From sequence record SRR31156797_3966: a DNA stretch of 64,000 nucleotides, one strand, 5' to 3'. Each line of letters opens with the position of its first letter. Position 1 is the stretch's first letter. The notes below the pieces were generated by a model. The model saw only the letters and a list, made by a program, of their open reading frames with translations, was not told where the DNA came from and ran no database searches. The position numbers were made by a program, and so were the translations under genes. Positions 1-10,938 of the stretch are shown here, in pieces.

Positions 1-27
1 CCTGCATCTTGAGGTCACTTGAGTATA
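1..27. repeat. Right end of an ERIC-like/MITE-like Vibrio palindromic repeat, truncated by the window edge
   Basis: Reverse complement reads TATACTCAAGTGACCTCAAGATGCAGG, matching the TATACCCAAGTGAC termini at 31403 and 45892. Confidence 0.6.
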
Positions 28-180
28 TAACTACATTTATGGGTGATGTGCAGATAACAAACGTTTGTCTTGACGACAAATTATTATCATTAGACACACC
101 CCCTATTTTCACCGATAAAGCGCGTGACACGCAGGGTGTCGGGTGCGGCGGTTAACGCCGCTTCAACTTCTCTTTAGAGT

Positions 181-2103
181 GTGAGATTAAATGTGGAACA
201 ATCATCTAAATTAGATCGTGTACGTGCTGATTATAATGTTCATTATTGGAGCCAAGGGTTCTTTGGCATTGACAATCATGGTGAAGTCTATGTGTCGCCA
301 AGAAAAGATGGCCAATATCAAACGCAATTGAGTTCAATTGTTAGTCAGTTGGAAACTCGCGGTTTAAATTTACCGGTGCTTGTTCGTTTTCCTCAAATCT
401 TACATCAACGCGTGCACAATATTTGTGATGCGTTCAATCAGGCAATCGAAGAGAGCGATTATCCCAATAAGTATCTGCTGGTTTACCCAATCAAGGTTAA
501 CCAGCAACGCGAAGTCGTTGATGAAATTTTAGCGAGTCAGGCGCAATTGGAAACCAAACAGTTGGGTTTGGAAGCGGGCAGTAAACCCGAGTTACTGGCT
601 GTTCTGGCCATGGCTCAACAAGCAAGCTCAGTGATTGTTTGTAATGGTTATAAAGACCGTGAATATATGCGACTTGCTTTGATCGGCGAGAAGTTAGGTC
701 ACAAAGTTTTTATCGTTCTGGAAAAACTGTCTGAGCTGGATTTAGTGCTTAAAGAAGCGCGCAGTCTCGGTGTTAAACCTCGACTGGGTATTCGTATCCG
801 TTTAGCGTCACAAGGTGCGGGTAAATGGCAATCGAGTGGTGGTGAAAAATCGAAATTCGGCCTGGCAGCAGCGCAAGTACTTTCAGTCATTGAACGCTTA
901 AAAGCAGAAGATCAGTTAGATGCGTTACAGTTGGTGCATTTCCACCTTGGATCGCAAATGGCGAACATTCGTGATGTACGTAATGGTGTCAATGAATCCG
1001 CTCGTTTCTACTGTGAACTGCGTGAGCTCGGTGCTGATATTCAATACTTTGATGTTGGTGGCGGTTTAGCGGTTGATTATGACGGCACGCGTAGCCAGTC
1101 TTCAAACTCGATGAACTACGGTTTGCTCGAGTACGCACGTAATATCGTCAATACGGTAGGGGATGTGTGTAACTTATATTCTCAACCTAAACCGACAATT
1201 ATTTCAGAATCGGGGCGTTCTGTTACGGCTCATCACGCGGTATTAATTACCAATGTAATCGGTACTGAGGGCTATACACCTGAAGCGATTACAGAGCCTG
1301 AAGCGGATGCTCCTATGTTGCTACAAAACATGTGGCGCAGCTGGGAAACGCTCAATGACGATACTGACGCTCGTGCTTTGATCGAGATTTACAACGACAC
1401 TCAAAGTGATTTGAATGAAGCCCACACGCTATTCTCAACTGGTGTGATTAACTTGCAGCACAGAGCATGGGTGGAACAGCTTTCACTGCGTATCTATCAC
1501 GAGCTGCGTTTCAAGATGAGCACGAAGAACCGCTTCCATCGTCCAATATTGGATGAGTTGCAAAACCGATTAGCGGATAAGTTCTTTGTTAACTTTTCAC
1601 TATTCCAATCGTTACCGGATGCATGGGGTATTGATCAAGTGTTCCCGGTTCTGCCACTGTCGAACTTGCAGAATGTTGAGGAGCGCCGCGCAGTGATGTT
1701 GGACATTACCTGTGATTCTGATGGTGCGATTGAACAATACGTTGAAGGGCAAGGCATTGAGACGACTCTTCCGGTGCCTGCTTGGTCGAAAGACACCTCT
1801 TATCTGATGGGGTTCTTTTTGGTCGGTGCGTATCAGGAAATCCTAGGTGATATGCATAACTTATTTGGCGATACACACAGTGCGGTAGTGAATATTACTG
1901 ATGAAGGTGAGCCGGAAATTACCTTTGTTAACGAAGGTGACACGGTAGAAGACATGATGCGTTACGTTCACATTGATGTGGATGCGATAAAAGCAAATTA
2001 TCGTCAGCTTGTCAGTCAACGAGTTGATGAACATGAACAACAAGATGTATTGGCAGAACTCGAGCATGGTCTCAGCGGCTATACTTATTTAGAGGATTTC
2101 TAA
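181..2103 (+). CDS. speA: Biosynthetic arginine decarboxylase
   Basis: 640 aa; PLP motif [53 protein letters not shown]; abuts speB. Confidence 0.97.
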   Translation: MRLNVEQSSKLDRVRADYNVHYWSQGFFGIDNHGEVYVSPRKDGQYQTQLSSIVSQLETRGLNLPVLVRFPQILHQRVHNICDAFNQAIEESDYPNKYLLVYPIKVNQQREVVDEILASQAQLETKQLGLEAGSKPELLAVLAMAQQASSVIVCNGYKDREYMRLALIGEKLGHKVFIVLEKLSELDLVLKEARSLGVKPRLGIRIRLASQGAGKWQSSGGEKSKFGLAAAQVLSVIERLKAEDQLDALQLVHFHLGSQMANIRDVRNGVNESARFYCELRELGADIQYFDVGGGLAVDYDGTRSQSSNSMNYGLLEYARNIVNTVGDVCNLYSQPKPTIISESGRSVTAHHAVLITNVIGTEGYTPEAITEPEADAPMLLQNMWRSWETLNDDTDARALIEIYNDTQSDLNEAHTLFSTGVINLQHRAWVEQLSLRIYHELRFKMSTKNRFHRPILDELQNRLADKFFVNFSLFQSLPDAWGIDQVFPVLPLSNLQNVEERRAVMLDITCDSDGAIEQYVEGQGIETTLPVPAWSKDTSYLMGFFLVGAYQEILGDMHNLFGDTHSAVVNITDEGEPEITFVNEGDTVEDMMRYVHIDVDAIKANYRQLVSQRVDEHEQQDVLAELEHGLSGYTYLEDF

Positions 2104-3030
2104 ATGAATGATTTGTTTACTAAAACGGATTATTCGTTGTATTCAAATGCAATGACTTTTCTGCGCCAACCTTACATGAGAGATCCATTAGCGTCGGATG
2201 CAGATGTGGTGGTTTTAGGCGTGCCATTAGATATGGCAACTTCTGGTCGGCCGGGAGCCCGTATGGGGCCGGATGCGATTCGTCGTGCCTCGGTTAACCT
2301 CGCATGGGAAGGTAAAAAATTTCCTTGGGACTTCAACTTATTCAAACGCATCAATGTGGTTGACGCCGGTGATTTGGTTTTTGATTGCGGTGATGCGGAA
2401 GATTTCACCTATCGCTTAGAAGCAGCGACCAGTGAAATTCTGAAAAGTGGCAAAACTATGTTGGCACTGGGAGGGGATCACTTTATCACTCTGCCAATAT
2501 TGCGTGCGTACGCCAAGCATTATGGTGAAATGGCGTTGATTCATTTCGATGCACATACAGACACCTACGCAAACGGCAGTGCGTATGATCATGGCACCAT
2601 GTTTTACCATGCTCCAAAAGAGGGGCTGATTTCACCTCGCCATTCTGTACAGGTTGGTATTCGTACCGAGTATAAGCAGGAAGGGCATGGCTTTAATGTG
2701 ATTAACGCGATGCAAGCGAATGATATGAGTGCGGAAGAAATCGTCGCTCAAATTCGTGAAATTGTGGGTGATAAGCCGGTATATCTAACGTTTGACATTG
2801 ATTGCTTAGATCCTGCTTTTGCACCGGGCACAGGGACACCAGTATGTGGTGGTTTAACTTCAGATAAGATACTGAAAATCATCCGCGCGTTGCAGGGTAT
2901 CAATTTAATTGGCATGGACGTGGTCGAAGTGTCACCACCGTATGATCAAAGTGACTTAACTTCACTGGCTGGTGCAACGATTGCTCTCGAACTGCTCTAT
3001 GTTTGGGCGTCAAACAAAGAAGTCGTCTAG
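2104..3030 (+). CDS. speB: Agmatinase
   Basis: Ureohydrolase motifs [27 protein letters not shown]; starts directly after the speA stop. Confidence 0.96.
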   Translation: MNDLFTKTDYSLYSNAMTFLRQPYMRDPLASDADVVVLGVPLDMATSGRPGARMGPDAIRRASVNLAWEGKKFPWDFNLFKRINVVDAGDLVFDCGDAEDFTYRLEAATSEILKSGKTMLALGGDHFITLPILRAYAKHYGEMALIHFDAHTDTYANGSAYDHGTMFYHAPKEGLISPRHSVQVGIRTEYKQEGHGFNVINAMQANDMSAEEIVAQIREIVGDKPVYLTFDIDCLDPAFAPGTGTPVCGGLTSDKILKIIRALQGINLIGMDVVEVSPPYDQSDLTSLAGATIALELLYVWASNKEVV

Positions 3031-3047
3031 TGTGAATTGATTGAGTG

Positions 3048-3078
3048 AAGCCGAGAGTCATACTGCTCTCGGCTTTTT
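3048..3078. terminator. Intrinsic terminator between convergent speB and the Lrp-family gene
   Basis: AAGCCGAGAG-N8-CTCTCGGCTT followed by a T run. Confidence 0.8.
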
Positions 3079-3082
3079 GTCT

Positions 3083-3556
3083 CTATTCGACAGGAAGGTA
3101 CAAACTTTGCTTTGGTGTATCTAAAACAACGTTAGTCTCCACTCTGCGTATTTGAGGAAAGGTCTGCATCATTTTTTCGACAAATGAGTCATAACCTTTG
3201 GCGTTTTCCGCGTTGATGACCACCATTAAATCGACGTTGCCAGTGACATAAAAAACTTGTTGGATTGCAGCTTGTGACTCCGACCAGCGCTTAAACTGAT
3301 TCAGCACTGTGTAATTGTCCCTATCAATTTCTATCCCAGCGATAAAGTTCATCGGGCATGAAGTGTGCGCTGGATTCACCACCGCGACTTCGGCTTGAAT
3401 AATGCCTTCATCTTTCATTCGTTTAATACGTCTTTGCACTGCTGAAGCAGATAAACCAACCTGTTCGGCAATCTGCTCACTGGCCAAACGACAGTTGATT
3501 TGCAGTAAGTGCAAAATTTTTTTATCAAAATTATCCAGTGTCGTTGTGTCTGCCAT
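3083..3556 (-). CDS. Lrp/AsnC family transcriptional regulator
   Basis: LDNFDKKIL...IAEQVGLSASAVQRRIKRM HTH plus RAM-like C-terminus; start uncertain (3556 preferred, 3568 or 3583 possible); divergent from the PLP enzyme. Confidence 0.9.
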   Translation of the reverse strand: MADTTTLDNFDKKILHLLQINCRLASEQIAEQVGLSASAVQRRIKRMKDEGIIQAEVAVVNPAHTSCPMNFIAGIEIDRDNYTVLNQFKRWSESQAAIQQVFYVTGNVDLMVVINAENAKGYDSFVEKMMQTFPQIRRVETNVVLDTPKQSLYLPVE

Positions 3557-3699
3557 TTTCTCTCTCATACCGTTTAGCCGCAAAATTACATGAAAAATGC
3601 GGCGACTCTCCCTTGTTGCGTCAAGAATAGCGGAATTTGGTGGTTAATTGGAATCGACAATGGTGGAAAACCTAATTTCAAGTAAAGGGAATCTTGACG

Positions 3700-4917
3700 A
3701 TGCCAATTAAAGACTCGGATTATCAACTCGCGCCAGAAACACTAGCGGTCCATGCTGCGATTCGCCCTGATCCACACACCCACGCTATCGCCCCAAACAT
3801 AGTCATGTCAGTGAATCACAGTTTTACTCCTGAAGAAGGGGCATTTTCGGCTCAGGGAGTCGGTGATGTGTCTGAAGCGCCGTTTCTCTATGCCGGCTGG
3901 ACCAATCCAACAGTAAGGCTTCTTGAAGAGCGATTAGCGGCTTTAGAATGTGCAGAAGACGCATTGGCGACAGCTACGGGTATGGCGGCGATTTCTGCTG
4001 TGTTTATGTCTTTGCTTGAGTCTGGGGATCATTTTATTATTAGCGATGTTTGTTATGCGGGTGTATACGAATTTGCTACTCAAGTGTTGCCCAAATATGG
4101 CATAGAGGTTTCGGTGGTCAATACATCATGCACTAAAAGCGTGCGTGATGCGCTGCGTGATAACACCAAGTTGGTGCATGTGGAGACACCTTGTAATCCT
4201 CTACTACGTTTAACTGATATAAAAACGTTGTCTTCGTTGCTGAAAGGGAGTGGTGTTTTATTGAGCGCTGACTCTACCTTCTCAACGCCCGTAATAACAC
4301 GCCCTTTAGAATTAGGTGCGGATCTAGTTATTCATTCTTTAACCAAATTTATCAATGGGCATGGTGATGTGTTGGGCGGTGTTGTTTTGGGCTCGAACTC
4401 TGTAATTAAAAGGGTTAGGGGTGTTGCGGGTGTCTATTTTGGTGCAGCTTTAAGTGCCCACAGTGCATGGTTAATTATGCGTGGAATGGAGACTATTTAT
4501 CCACGAATGAAAACACTCAGTGAGTCTGCTCTAGTGATCGCCAACTGGCTAGAAAATCACCCAAAAGTATCCAAGGTTCATTACCCTGGATTGGAGTCTC
4601 ACCAACAATTTGAGCTGGCAAAACAACAGATGGATTTTTTTGGCGGCATTATTGCATTCCAAGTAGAAGACATCGAAACAATTGAGCAACGATTTGCACA
4701 TGAGTCAACAATGTTTTTTTATGCTTACTCTATTGGTCACCAACGCAGCTTAGCGGTGGTGTTGAAAACAGATGATTTGGATCAGTCCACTTATCGTTTT
4801 ACACCACAACAGAGAGCAGACTTTGTCCGAGAAGCAGGTAAAGGCGTTATAAGATTATCAATAGGATTGGAATCGCCGATGGATTTGATTCGGGATTTGA
4901 GTCACCTTCTTAGGTAA
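3700..4917 (+). CDS. PLP-dependent trans-sulfuration family enzyme (methionine gamma-lyase/cystathionine gamma-synthase-like)
   Basis: NPT, TGMAAIS, ETPCNP, DSTF, HSLTKFINGHGD (PLP Lys), HYPGL, IRLSIGLE; ATG at 3700 (TTG at 3694 is an alternative). Confidence 0.9.
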   Translation: MPIKDSDYQLAPETLAVHAAIRPDPHTHAIAPNIVMSVNHSFTPEEGAFSAQGVGDVSEAPFLYAGWTNPTVRLLEERLAALECAEDALATATGMAAISAVFMSLLESGDHFIISDVCYAGVYEFATQVLPKYGIEVSVVNTSCTKSVRDALRDNTKLVHVETPCNPLLRLTDIKTLSSLLKGSGVLLSADSTFSTPVITRPLELGADLVIHSLTKFINGHGDVLGGVVLGSNSVIKRVRGVAGVYFGAALSAHSAWLIMRGMETIYPRMKTLSESALVIANWLENHPKVSKVHYPGLESHQQFELAKQQMDFFGGIIAFQVEDIETIEQRFAHESTMFFYAYSIGHQRSLAVVLKTDDLDQSTYRFTPQQRADFVREAGKGVIRLSIGLESPMDLIRDLSHLLR

Positions 4918-5096
4918 AAATTGAATATATATAGCACTTTATTGGTTTTTAATTCGGGAAGTTATTGAAATGTTACTAGATTGTGTTGCATTATCTATGA
5001 GTTTTCGGTGTCAGTCGCGTTTGCGTGACACTCACAACAACATCGTATTGTCATAGGACGAACAGAAAAATAACAATAGTTTTTATAAGGGAAATT

Positions 5097-5903
5097 ATGA
5101 AGAAGTTAATTAAATCTTCCGCTGCAGGACTTGTTTTCGCATGCTCTCTATTCGGTGCTAACCAAGCTATGGCGGAATCTGCCCTAGAAGGTGTACTGAA
5201 TGCAGGTGAGCTTAAAGTATGTTTTGACGCTGGCTATATGCCATTCGAAATGAAAACCAAAGATGGCCGTTTCATTGGTTTTGATATCGACTTAGGTAAA
5301 CACATGGCGCGTTCTATGGGCGTTAAGTTTACGCCTGTAAACACAGCATGGGATGGTATCATTCCTGCGCTGCAGACAAACAAATGTGACATCATCATGG
5401 GTGGTATGACAATCACTCCTGAGCGTAACTTAAAAGTGATGTTTGCTGACCCGTACATTGTTATCGGTCAGTCAATGATTATCTCTCCAGCGTTGGAAGG
5501 CAAAGTCTCTAGCTATGCTGAGTTGAACGATCCGAAATACACGATCTCTACTAAGTTGGGTACAACTGGTGTAGAAGCCGCGAAGAAGCACCTATTCAAT
5601 GCAAAAGTTGACCTATACGACACAGAAGTGGACGCCGTTCTTCAGGTTGTTAACGGTAAAGCGGATGCGTTCGTTTATGACTTCCCATACAACTCAATTT
5701 ACGCAGCTCAAAACAAAGGTAAAGTGGCGCACCTAGCGGAACCATTTACTTATGAGCCTCTAGGTTGGGCAATTCGCCAAGATGATCCTAACTTCCTAAA
5801 CTTCTTGAATAACTACCTTCGTCAAATCAAAGGTGACGGTACTTACGATCGTATGTACGACAAGTGGTTTAAATCTGACAGCTGGTTGAAAGAGATTCAG
5901 TAA
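5097..5903 (+). CDS. Polar amino acid ABC transporter substrate-binding protein
   Basis: Signal peptide ending AMA; YMPFE, GFDIDL, WDGIIPAL, GMTITPER; ATG at 5097 follows AAGGGA. Confidence 0.92.
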   Translation: MKKLIKSSAAGLVFACSLFGANQAMAESALEGVLNAGELKVCFDAGYMPFEMKTKDGRFIGFDIDLGKHMARSMGVKFTPVNTAWDGIIPALQTNKCDIIMGGMTITPERNLKVMFADPYIVIGQSMIISPALEGKVSSYAELNDPKYTISTKLGTTGVEAAKKHLFNAKVDLYDTEVDAVLQVVNGKADAFVYDFPYNSIYAAQNKGKVAHLAEPFTYEPLGWAIRQDDPNFLNFLNNYLRQIKGDGTYDRMYDKWFKSDSWLKEIQ

Positions 5904-5959
5904 TGGACTCTTATATTCTGAGTACGGAAGTATTTAGAGTATAGCTTCAACCTGTCATC

Positions 5960-5986
5960 AACTGGGTAGCGAAAGTTACCCAGTTT
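5960..5986 (+). terminator. GAAA-tetraloop hairpin after the SBP gene (partial terminator or mRNA stabiliser)
   Basis: AACTGGGTAGC-GAAA-GTTACCCAGTT followed by TT. Confidence 0.55.
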
Positions 5987-6011
5987 ATTAAAAAGAAAAA
6001 AGAGAATCTGA

Positions 6012-6959
6012 GTGATGCAGTCAAAATCCTCAAAATGGATTGGACATGGAATTTATGTCCTTATAATGGCCATGCTGATTGGCGCGGTCTACTTTTCCGG
6101 GAAAAGTATCAACTATAACTGGCACTGGGACCGTTTATGGCCGTATGTCGTTAACACCGAAATGCAACAAATAAGAGCAAATGGTGACGGCACTGCGGTA
6201 TTAAAAGCGGGTCAATTGGTTATCGAATTCGACGATAGTAGCCAAACTCAAGTTATCGATAATTACACAACCCTTTTAGTGGGTAACGGAGACCTGATTT
6301 TCCAAGGTGATTCCGTTGCTCAATTGAATGAGTGGAAGTTTGGACCGATTGCTCATGGTCTTTGGGTGACGATTGAAATCTCCTTCATTTCGCTTATTTT
6401 TGCCGTATTGCTTGGGCTGATATTTGGTCTTATGCGGGTCGCCAAAAATCAAACCGCACGGAACTTATCGCTCACCTATGTCGAACTGATACGTGGTACG
6501 CCTCTGCTGGTTCAAATTTTCATCGTTTATTTCTTTATTGGCACCGTATTAGATTTCGACCGATTTACCGCTGGTGTCGTAGCGCTGTCTGTATTCACCG
6601 GTGCTTACGTTGCTGAAATTGTTCGCGCGGGTATTCAGGCGATTCCAACTGGGCAGATGGAAGCGGCTCGCTCAATTGGTATGAGCTACCCTCAAGCGAT
6701 GCGATATATCATTCTGCCACAGGCTTTAAAACGTACCTTACCACCACTGGCCGGTCAGTTTATTAACCTGATCAAGGATTCGTCTCTGGTTTCCGTTATT
6801 TCGATTACGGATTTAACCAAAGCGGGGCGCGAAGTGGTGAGTGGAAGTTTTGCTCCGTTTGAAGTGTGGTTTACGGTTGCTGCGCTTTACTTACTCGTAA
6901 CCGGGACTCTGTCTTGGGCAATTCAACGTTTAGAGAAGAGGTTATCGGCCAGTGACTAG
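6012..6959 (+). CDS. Polar amino acid ABC transporter permease
   Basis: [27 protein letters not shown] motif [16 protein letters not shown]. Confidence 0.93.
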   Translation: MMQSKSSKWIGHGIYVLIMAMLIGAVYFSGKSINYNWHWDRLWPYVVNTEMQQIRANGDGTAVLKAGQLVIEFDDSSQTQVIDNYTTLLVGNGDLIFQGDSVAQLNEWKFGPIAHGLWVTIEISFISLIFAVLLGLIFGLMRVAKNQTARNLSLTYVELIRGTPLLVQIFIVYFFIGTVLDFDRFTAGVVALSVFTGAYVAEIVRAGIQAIPTGQMEAARSIGMSYPQAMRYIILPQALKRTLPPLAGQFINLIKDSSLVSVISITDLTKAGREVVSGSFAPFEVWFTVAALYLLVTGTLSWAIQRLEKRLSASD

Positions 6960-7704
6960 TGAATACAACGGCGAAGATATGGTTTACGCCAATAACGTAG
7001 ATAAGTACTACCCGAACGGTTGTCATGCATTAAAGTCGGTTTCTACTACGGTGAAACGTGGTGAAGTGGTGGTGATTATTGGACCTTCTGGTTCGGGCAA
7101 GTCAACCTTCTTACGTACTCTAAACCAATTAGAAGAGATCTCGACGGGTACCATCATCGTCGATGGTTTCGATATGTATGCTAAATCAACCGATATTAAC
7201 GTGTTACGCCAAAACGTCGGTATGGTTTTCCAGAGTTTCAATCTGTTTCCACATATGACGGCATTGGAGAACGTAAAAATAGGGCCTTTAAAAGTTTCTA
7301 AACGTCCTAAGCACGAAGTCGAAGGTGAAGCAAAACAACTGATCAAGCGTGTTGGATTAGAAGATCGCATGAACAACTATCCAACTCACTTGTCGGGTGG
7401 TCAGCAGCAACGTGTCGCAATCGCGCGAGCGTTAGCGATGAAACCGGATTTAATGCTGTTTGATGAACCAACATCGGCACTTGACCCAGAAATGGTGGGT
7501 GAAGTTTTGGACGTTATCAAAGCATTAGCTAAAGAAGGCATGACGATGGTGATCGTAACCCACGAAATGGGTTTTGCTCGTGAAGTGGCTGACCGTGTAC
7601 TGTTTATGGAAGAGGGTAAGTTGTTGGTGGATGACTCGCCACAAGATGTGTTTGACAACCCATCACACCCGCGCCTGAAGCAATTCTTGGCTAAAGTTCT
7701 TTAG
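6952..7704 (+). CDS. Polar amino acid ABC transporter ATPase (GlnQ/HisP-like)
   Basis: Walker [35 protein letters not shown]. Confidence 0.95.
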   Translation: MTSEYNGEDMVYANNVDKYYPNGCHALKSVSTTVKRGEVVVIIGPSGSGKSTFLRTLNQLEEISTGTIIVDGFDMYAKSTDINVLRQNVGMVFQSFNLFPHMTALENVKIGPLKVSKRPKHEVEGEAKQLIKRVGLEDRMNNYPTHLSGGQQQRVAIARALAMKPDLMLFDEPTSALDPEMVGEVLDVIKALAKEGMTMVIVTHEMGFAREVADRVLFMEEGKLLVDDSPQDVFDNPSHPRLKQFLAKVL

Positions 7705-7715
7705 TGAACCCATGA

Positions 7716-7750
7716 ATGAAAAACCGAGCTTTTAGAGCTCGGTTTTTCAT
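7716..7750. terminator. Bidirectional intrinsic terminator
   Basis: ATGAAAAACCGAGCT-TTTAG-AGCTCGGTTTTTCAT between convergent genes. Confidence 0.88.
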
Positions 7751-7757
7751 GCTTGAA

Positions 7758-9416
7758 CTACATAGTCCACAGTATCAGTGCCAGTATTTGCGGTGACAAT
7801 ATCCTTAAACACATCACCAGCGGATACACTGTAGCGTAGGCTAGTGCAGAGGCACCACTGGACTCGTGCAGCGCATTTGCAAATGCCAGCGCGGGTGGAT
7901 CGGTCATCGAACCCGCTAACATACCGCAGATGGTTAAGTAGTTAATGTGGCCCAAAATGCGAGCCAGAATGCCAACAGTAATCAGTGGAATGGCGGTAAT
8001 GGCGACACCATAACCCATCCAGCTTAAACCATCCCCTTCAACCAAAGTTTCAAGGAAATTCCCACCAGATTTAAGCCCGACAACGGCTAGGAAAAGCACG
8101 ATGCCTATTTCTCTTAACGCCAAGTTGGCACTAGGAGGCATGAACCAATACATTTTGCCAATACTGCCGATACGAGCCAGAATCAGTGCGACAATCAGTG
8201 GACCACCCGCTAAACCCAGTTTTATTGCCGCTGGGAAACCAGGCAAATAGAAGGGAATAGAGCCTAAAAGTACCCCTAATCCGATACCAACAAAAACAGG
8301 TAACATTTGCACTTGTTGTAGTTTCTGGTGCGCGTTGCCCACCATGCCACTGACCGCTTCGATGGCTTCCTGACGACCGACTAAATTCAGAATATCACCG
8401 AACTGAAGTGTTGAGGTGCTGGTCGGTATCAACTCGACACCAGCGCGGTTTAAACGAGAAACCACCACATCGTATTTTTCTTTGAGGTCGAGATCTCTGA
8501 GTTTTTTACCTAATACCACTTCGTTGGTGACCACTAAACGCTGCACTCGTAATTCAGTGCCTCTTGTGGAAAGAGAGACATCCACTTCTTCACCAATAAC
8601 TAGACGTGCTCTTTCTAAGGCATTCTTATCACCAACCAGGTGCAGTAGGTCATTCACTTCCACACGAGAATCTGGTTTGGGAACACAGAGCTCTTCACCT
8701 CGTTTAAGACGCGAACAGACAATATCACCATCGCTCAAGGCCGGAATATCTTTAAGGAACAAGCCATTCAGATTTGGGTTCTTTATTGAGACGTTAATGG
8801 TATGCAGGCTGGACTTTTTATGACCATTGGTGACTTCAAACTCTTCGGCTTCCTGATCAACATTGACGCGGAAGATCATCCTCATCAGCCACATGGTGAG
8901 CAAAATACCGCAGATACCAAACGGATAGGCGATGGCATAGCCCATACCCGTTAAATCGAGTAGGTTCTGTTGCTCCCCAAGCTCGGTCAGTATCTGTTGT
9001 CCTGCACCCAGTGATGGTGTATTGGTGACCGCCCCTGAGAACACACCGAGGATCACCGGAAGAGGTACGTCAAACAGATAGTAAAGTGCGACTGTAACTA
9101 GGCAGCCGAGCAACACAATTAATGCAGCGAACGCGTTGAGTTTTAAACCTGAACTTCGTAAAGAAGCAAAAAAGCCGGGGCCGACTTGTATGCCAATCGT
9201 ATAAACAAACAGTATTAAGCCAAACTCTTGGATAAAGTGTAAGGTGTGGTAGTTAAGCTCTATGCCCCATGCACTGGTAAAGTGTCCGACAAATATGCCA
9301 CCAAACAACACCCCTCCAATACCCAACCCAACGCCGTAAAGCCGCCAGTTGCCAATCCACAGACCTAACACCGCTACCAGCGCAAGAATGCTGATAGAGA
9401 GTGCTATATCACTCAT
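7758..9416 (-). CDS. yidE: AspT/YidE/YbjL family transporter with TrkA-C domains
   Basis: [53 protein letters not shown] at 9416 follows an AGGAGG SD. Confidence 0.9.
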   Translation of the reverse strand: MSDIALSISILALVAVLGLWIGNWRLYGVGLGIGGVLFGGIFVGHFTSAWGIELNYHTLHFIQEFGLILFVYTIGIQVGPGFFASLRSSGLKLNAFAALIVLLGCLVTVALYYLFDVPLPVILGVFSGAVTNTPSLGAGQQILTELGEQQNLLDLTGMGYAIAYPFGICGILLTMWLMRMIFRVNVDQEAEEFEVTNGHKKSSLHTINVSIKNPNLNGLFLKDIPALSDGDIVCSRLKRGEELCVPKPDSRVEVNDLLHLVGDKNALERARLVIGEEVDVSLSTRGTELRVQRLVVTNEVVLGKKLRDLDLKEKYDVVVSRLNRAGVELIPTSTSTLQFGDILNLVGRQEAIEAVSGMVGNAHQKLQQVQMLPVFVGIGLGVLLGSIPFYLPGFPAAIKLGLAGGPLIVALILARIGSIGKMYWFMPPSANLALREIGIVLFLAVVGLKSGGNFLETLVEGDGLSWMGYGVAITAIPLITVGILARILGHINYLTICGMLAGSMTDPPALAFANALHESSGASALAYATVYPLVMCLRILSPQILALILWTM

Positions 9417-9788
9417 AGTACGCCTCCTGAACAATTATAAAAACGGTTGACGGGCAAACGTTGTTGAACAGCAGGCAGGGGTAGGCGTAAGAACTAAAAC
9501 GTGGTTATGTCTACGGCTGGAGGGTTCAATTAGGCTTTGAAATACAATTGCCGTGGCGATTGAATCAAATTCACTGTATTGCCCAGACTCTGATATTAGT
9601 AATACTGCATATGCCAGGTGTTGTTAATTACTGATATAGAAAAGTGTGCGGTTTGGCAGGATTAATATTGATGAGCTAAATATATGTTAAATATGAGTAA
9701 ATGTAGTTTTTAATTTCAGTTAACAAGTGAGCGTGTTGGAAAGGCTCTAATATCCTGCCCGTATGGTGACGGGCAGAGTTTGTGAGAT

Positions 9789-10742
9789 CTAGAACTCGCT
9801 AAGTTGACCACTCGCGTGTTGCAAAAGATGGCTGATCAACTCAGTGGTTGTAGCGGGCTCACCTGATTGACGGCAATAATCAATGACAGGGCCACAAATT
9901 TCATGGATTTCCATTGGTCTACCTTTCTCTCTGTCTACCAGCATTGAAGTTTTGATTGCATCAAATTCGCAGATCAGGTCAAACATCTCTTCAACATCTT
10001 TTGTGGTCATTTTAACGTTGGCATAGTTGGCCGCTCGTGCAGTCTCTTCCATGATAGTGTGTACTGTTGCTCTCAGTACAGGATCTTGAGTTACGGTTTG
10101 GGTATCTTTCATGGTTAAGGCGGTGATTGGGTTAATGGCATTATTAATCATTAACTTACGCCACAATGCGTAATTGACATCCTCGTACACTTGATTTGGG
10201 ATGCCTGCCTCGCTAAACGCGTCACTAATATTGGCAATAAAATCTTCTAAGTTTGGGTTCATTGCTGCTGATGGCCAAGCTCCGAAATCGATACGGGCAA
10301 CACCGGTTGCTTCGACTTGTCCTGGCGCGACCACATGTGCTCCGATTTTAATGGCTAAACCGCCGATGGTCCGATTGATCCCTAAACGGTTCGCGATAAC
10401 GCCTTCATTAGTCACGCCATTCTGAATCGATAGTACGGGGGTTTTACCTTTGTCCAACCAAGATTTCATCTGTTCAAGGATAGGGTTTGTGGTACTTCCT
10501 TTAGACGCAATAATGAGTAAATCAAAGTCGTCACATTGATAATCAATACATAAACTATCGATGTTTGTTGCGGTAACTGGTTTAGAGAATGAGTAATCAG
10601 GGTGTGACAAATTCAGTCCATGTTGCTGTAATGCCAGTAAATGCTCACCACGAGCAACAAAGACGACATCATGACCCGCCTCTACAAGTTTTGCTGCATA
10701 GTAGCAACCGATACCTCCTGCACCGATAACTGCAAATTTCAA
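9789..10742 (-). CDS. panE: Ketopantoate reductase (PanE/ApbA) family protein
   Basis: GAGGIG Rossmann motif, IQNG, LWRKL..N..INP, TSMLVD..GR.MEI; TTG start with GGAG SD; true substrate not certain. Confidence 0.8.
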   Translation of the reverse strand: MKFAVIGAGGIGCYYAAKLVEAGHDVVFVARGEHLLALQQHGLNLSHPDYSFSKPVTATNIDSLCIDYQCDDFDLLIIASKGSTTNPILEQMKSWLDKGKTPVLSIQNGVTNEGVIANRLGINRTIGGLAIKIGAHVVAPGQVEATGVARIDFGAWPSAAMNPNLEDFIANISDAFSEAGIPNQVYEDVNYALWRKLMINNAINPITALTMKDTQTVTQDPVLRATVHTIMEETARAANYANVKMTTKDVEEMFDLICEFDAIKTSMLVDREKGRPMEIHEICGPVIDYCRQSGEPATTTELISHLLQHASGQLSEF

Positions 10743-10858
10743 TAGACTTCTCCTTAAGCGCTTACAATCCGTTTAGGTTCAGAGTAAACCTATTTGAGAA
10801 TGGGTTCCAGTGGTTGGAGACTTTGCAATGAAAGAGAGGGTTGGAACAGCATCCAAAT

Positions 10859-10890
10859 AAAAAAAGCCGCATCAATCCTGATGCGACTTT
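10859..10890 (-). terminator. Intrinsic terminator of the porin gene
   Basis: Hairpin GCCGCATCA..TGATGCGAC with an A-run on the + strand (U-tract on -). Confidence 0.7.
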
Positions 10891-10938
10891 CGCAAAATGC
10901 GTAAAAAAGAAAAGTCAGTAAATACTTAAGCGCTCAGA

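Noticed and set aside
4920-4938. ArgR-box-like TTGAATATATATAGCA upstream of the amino acid ABC operon
   Set aside because: Spacing is off by one, the right half is poor, and there is no tandem partner.
5912-5943. TATA-ended hairpin TATATTCTGAGTAC-GGAA-GTATTTAGAGTATA as a fourth MITE copy
   Set aside because: Only the TATA ends resemble the element and the core CCAAGTGAC is missing; too degenerate to call.
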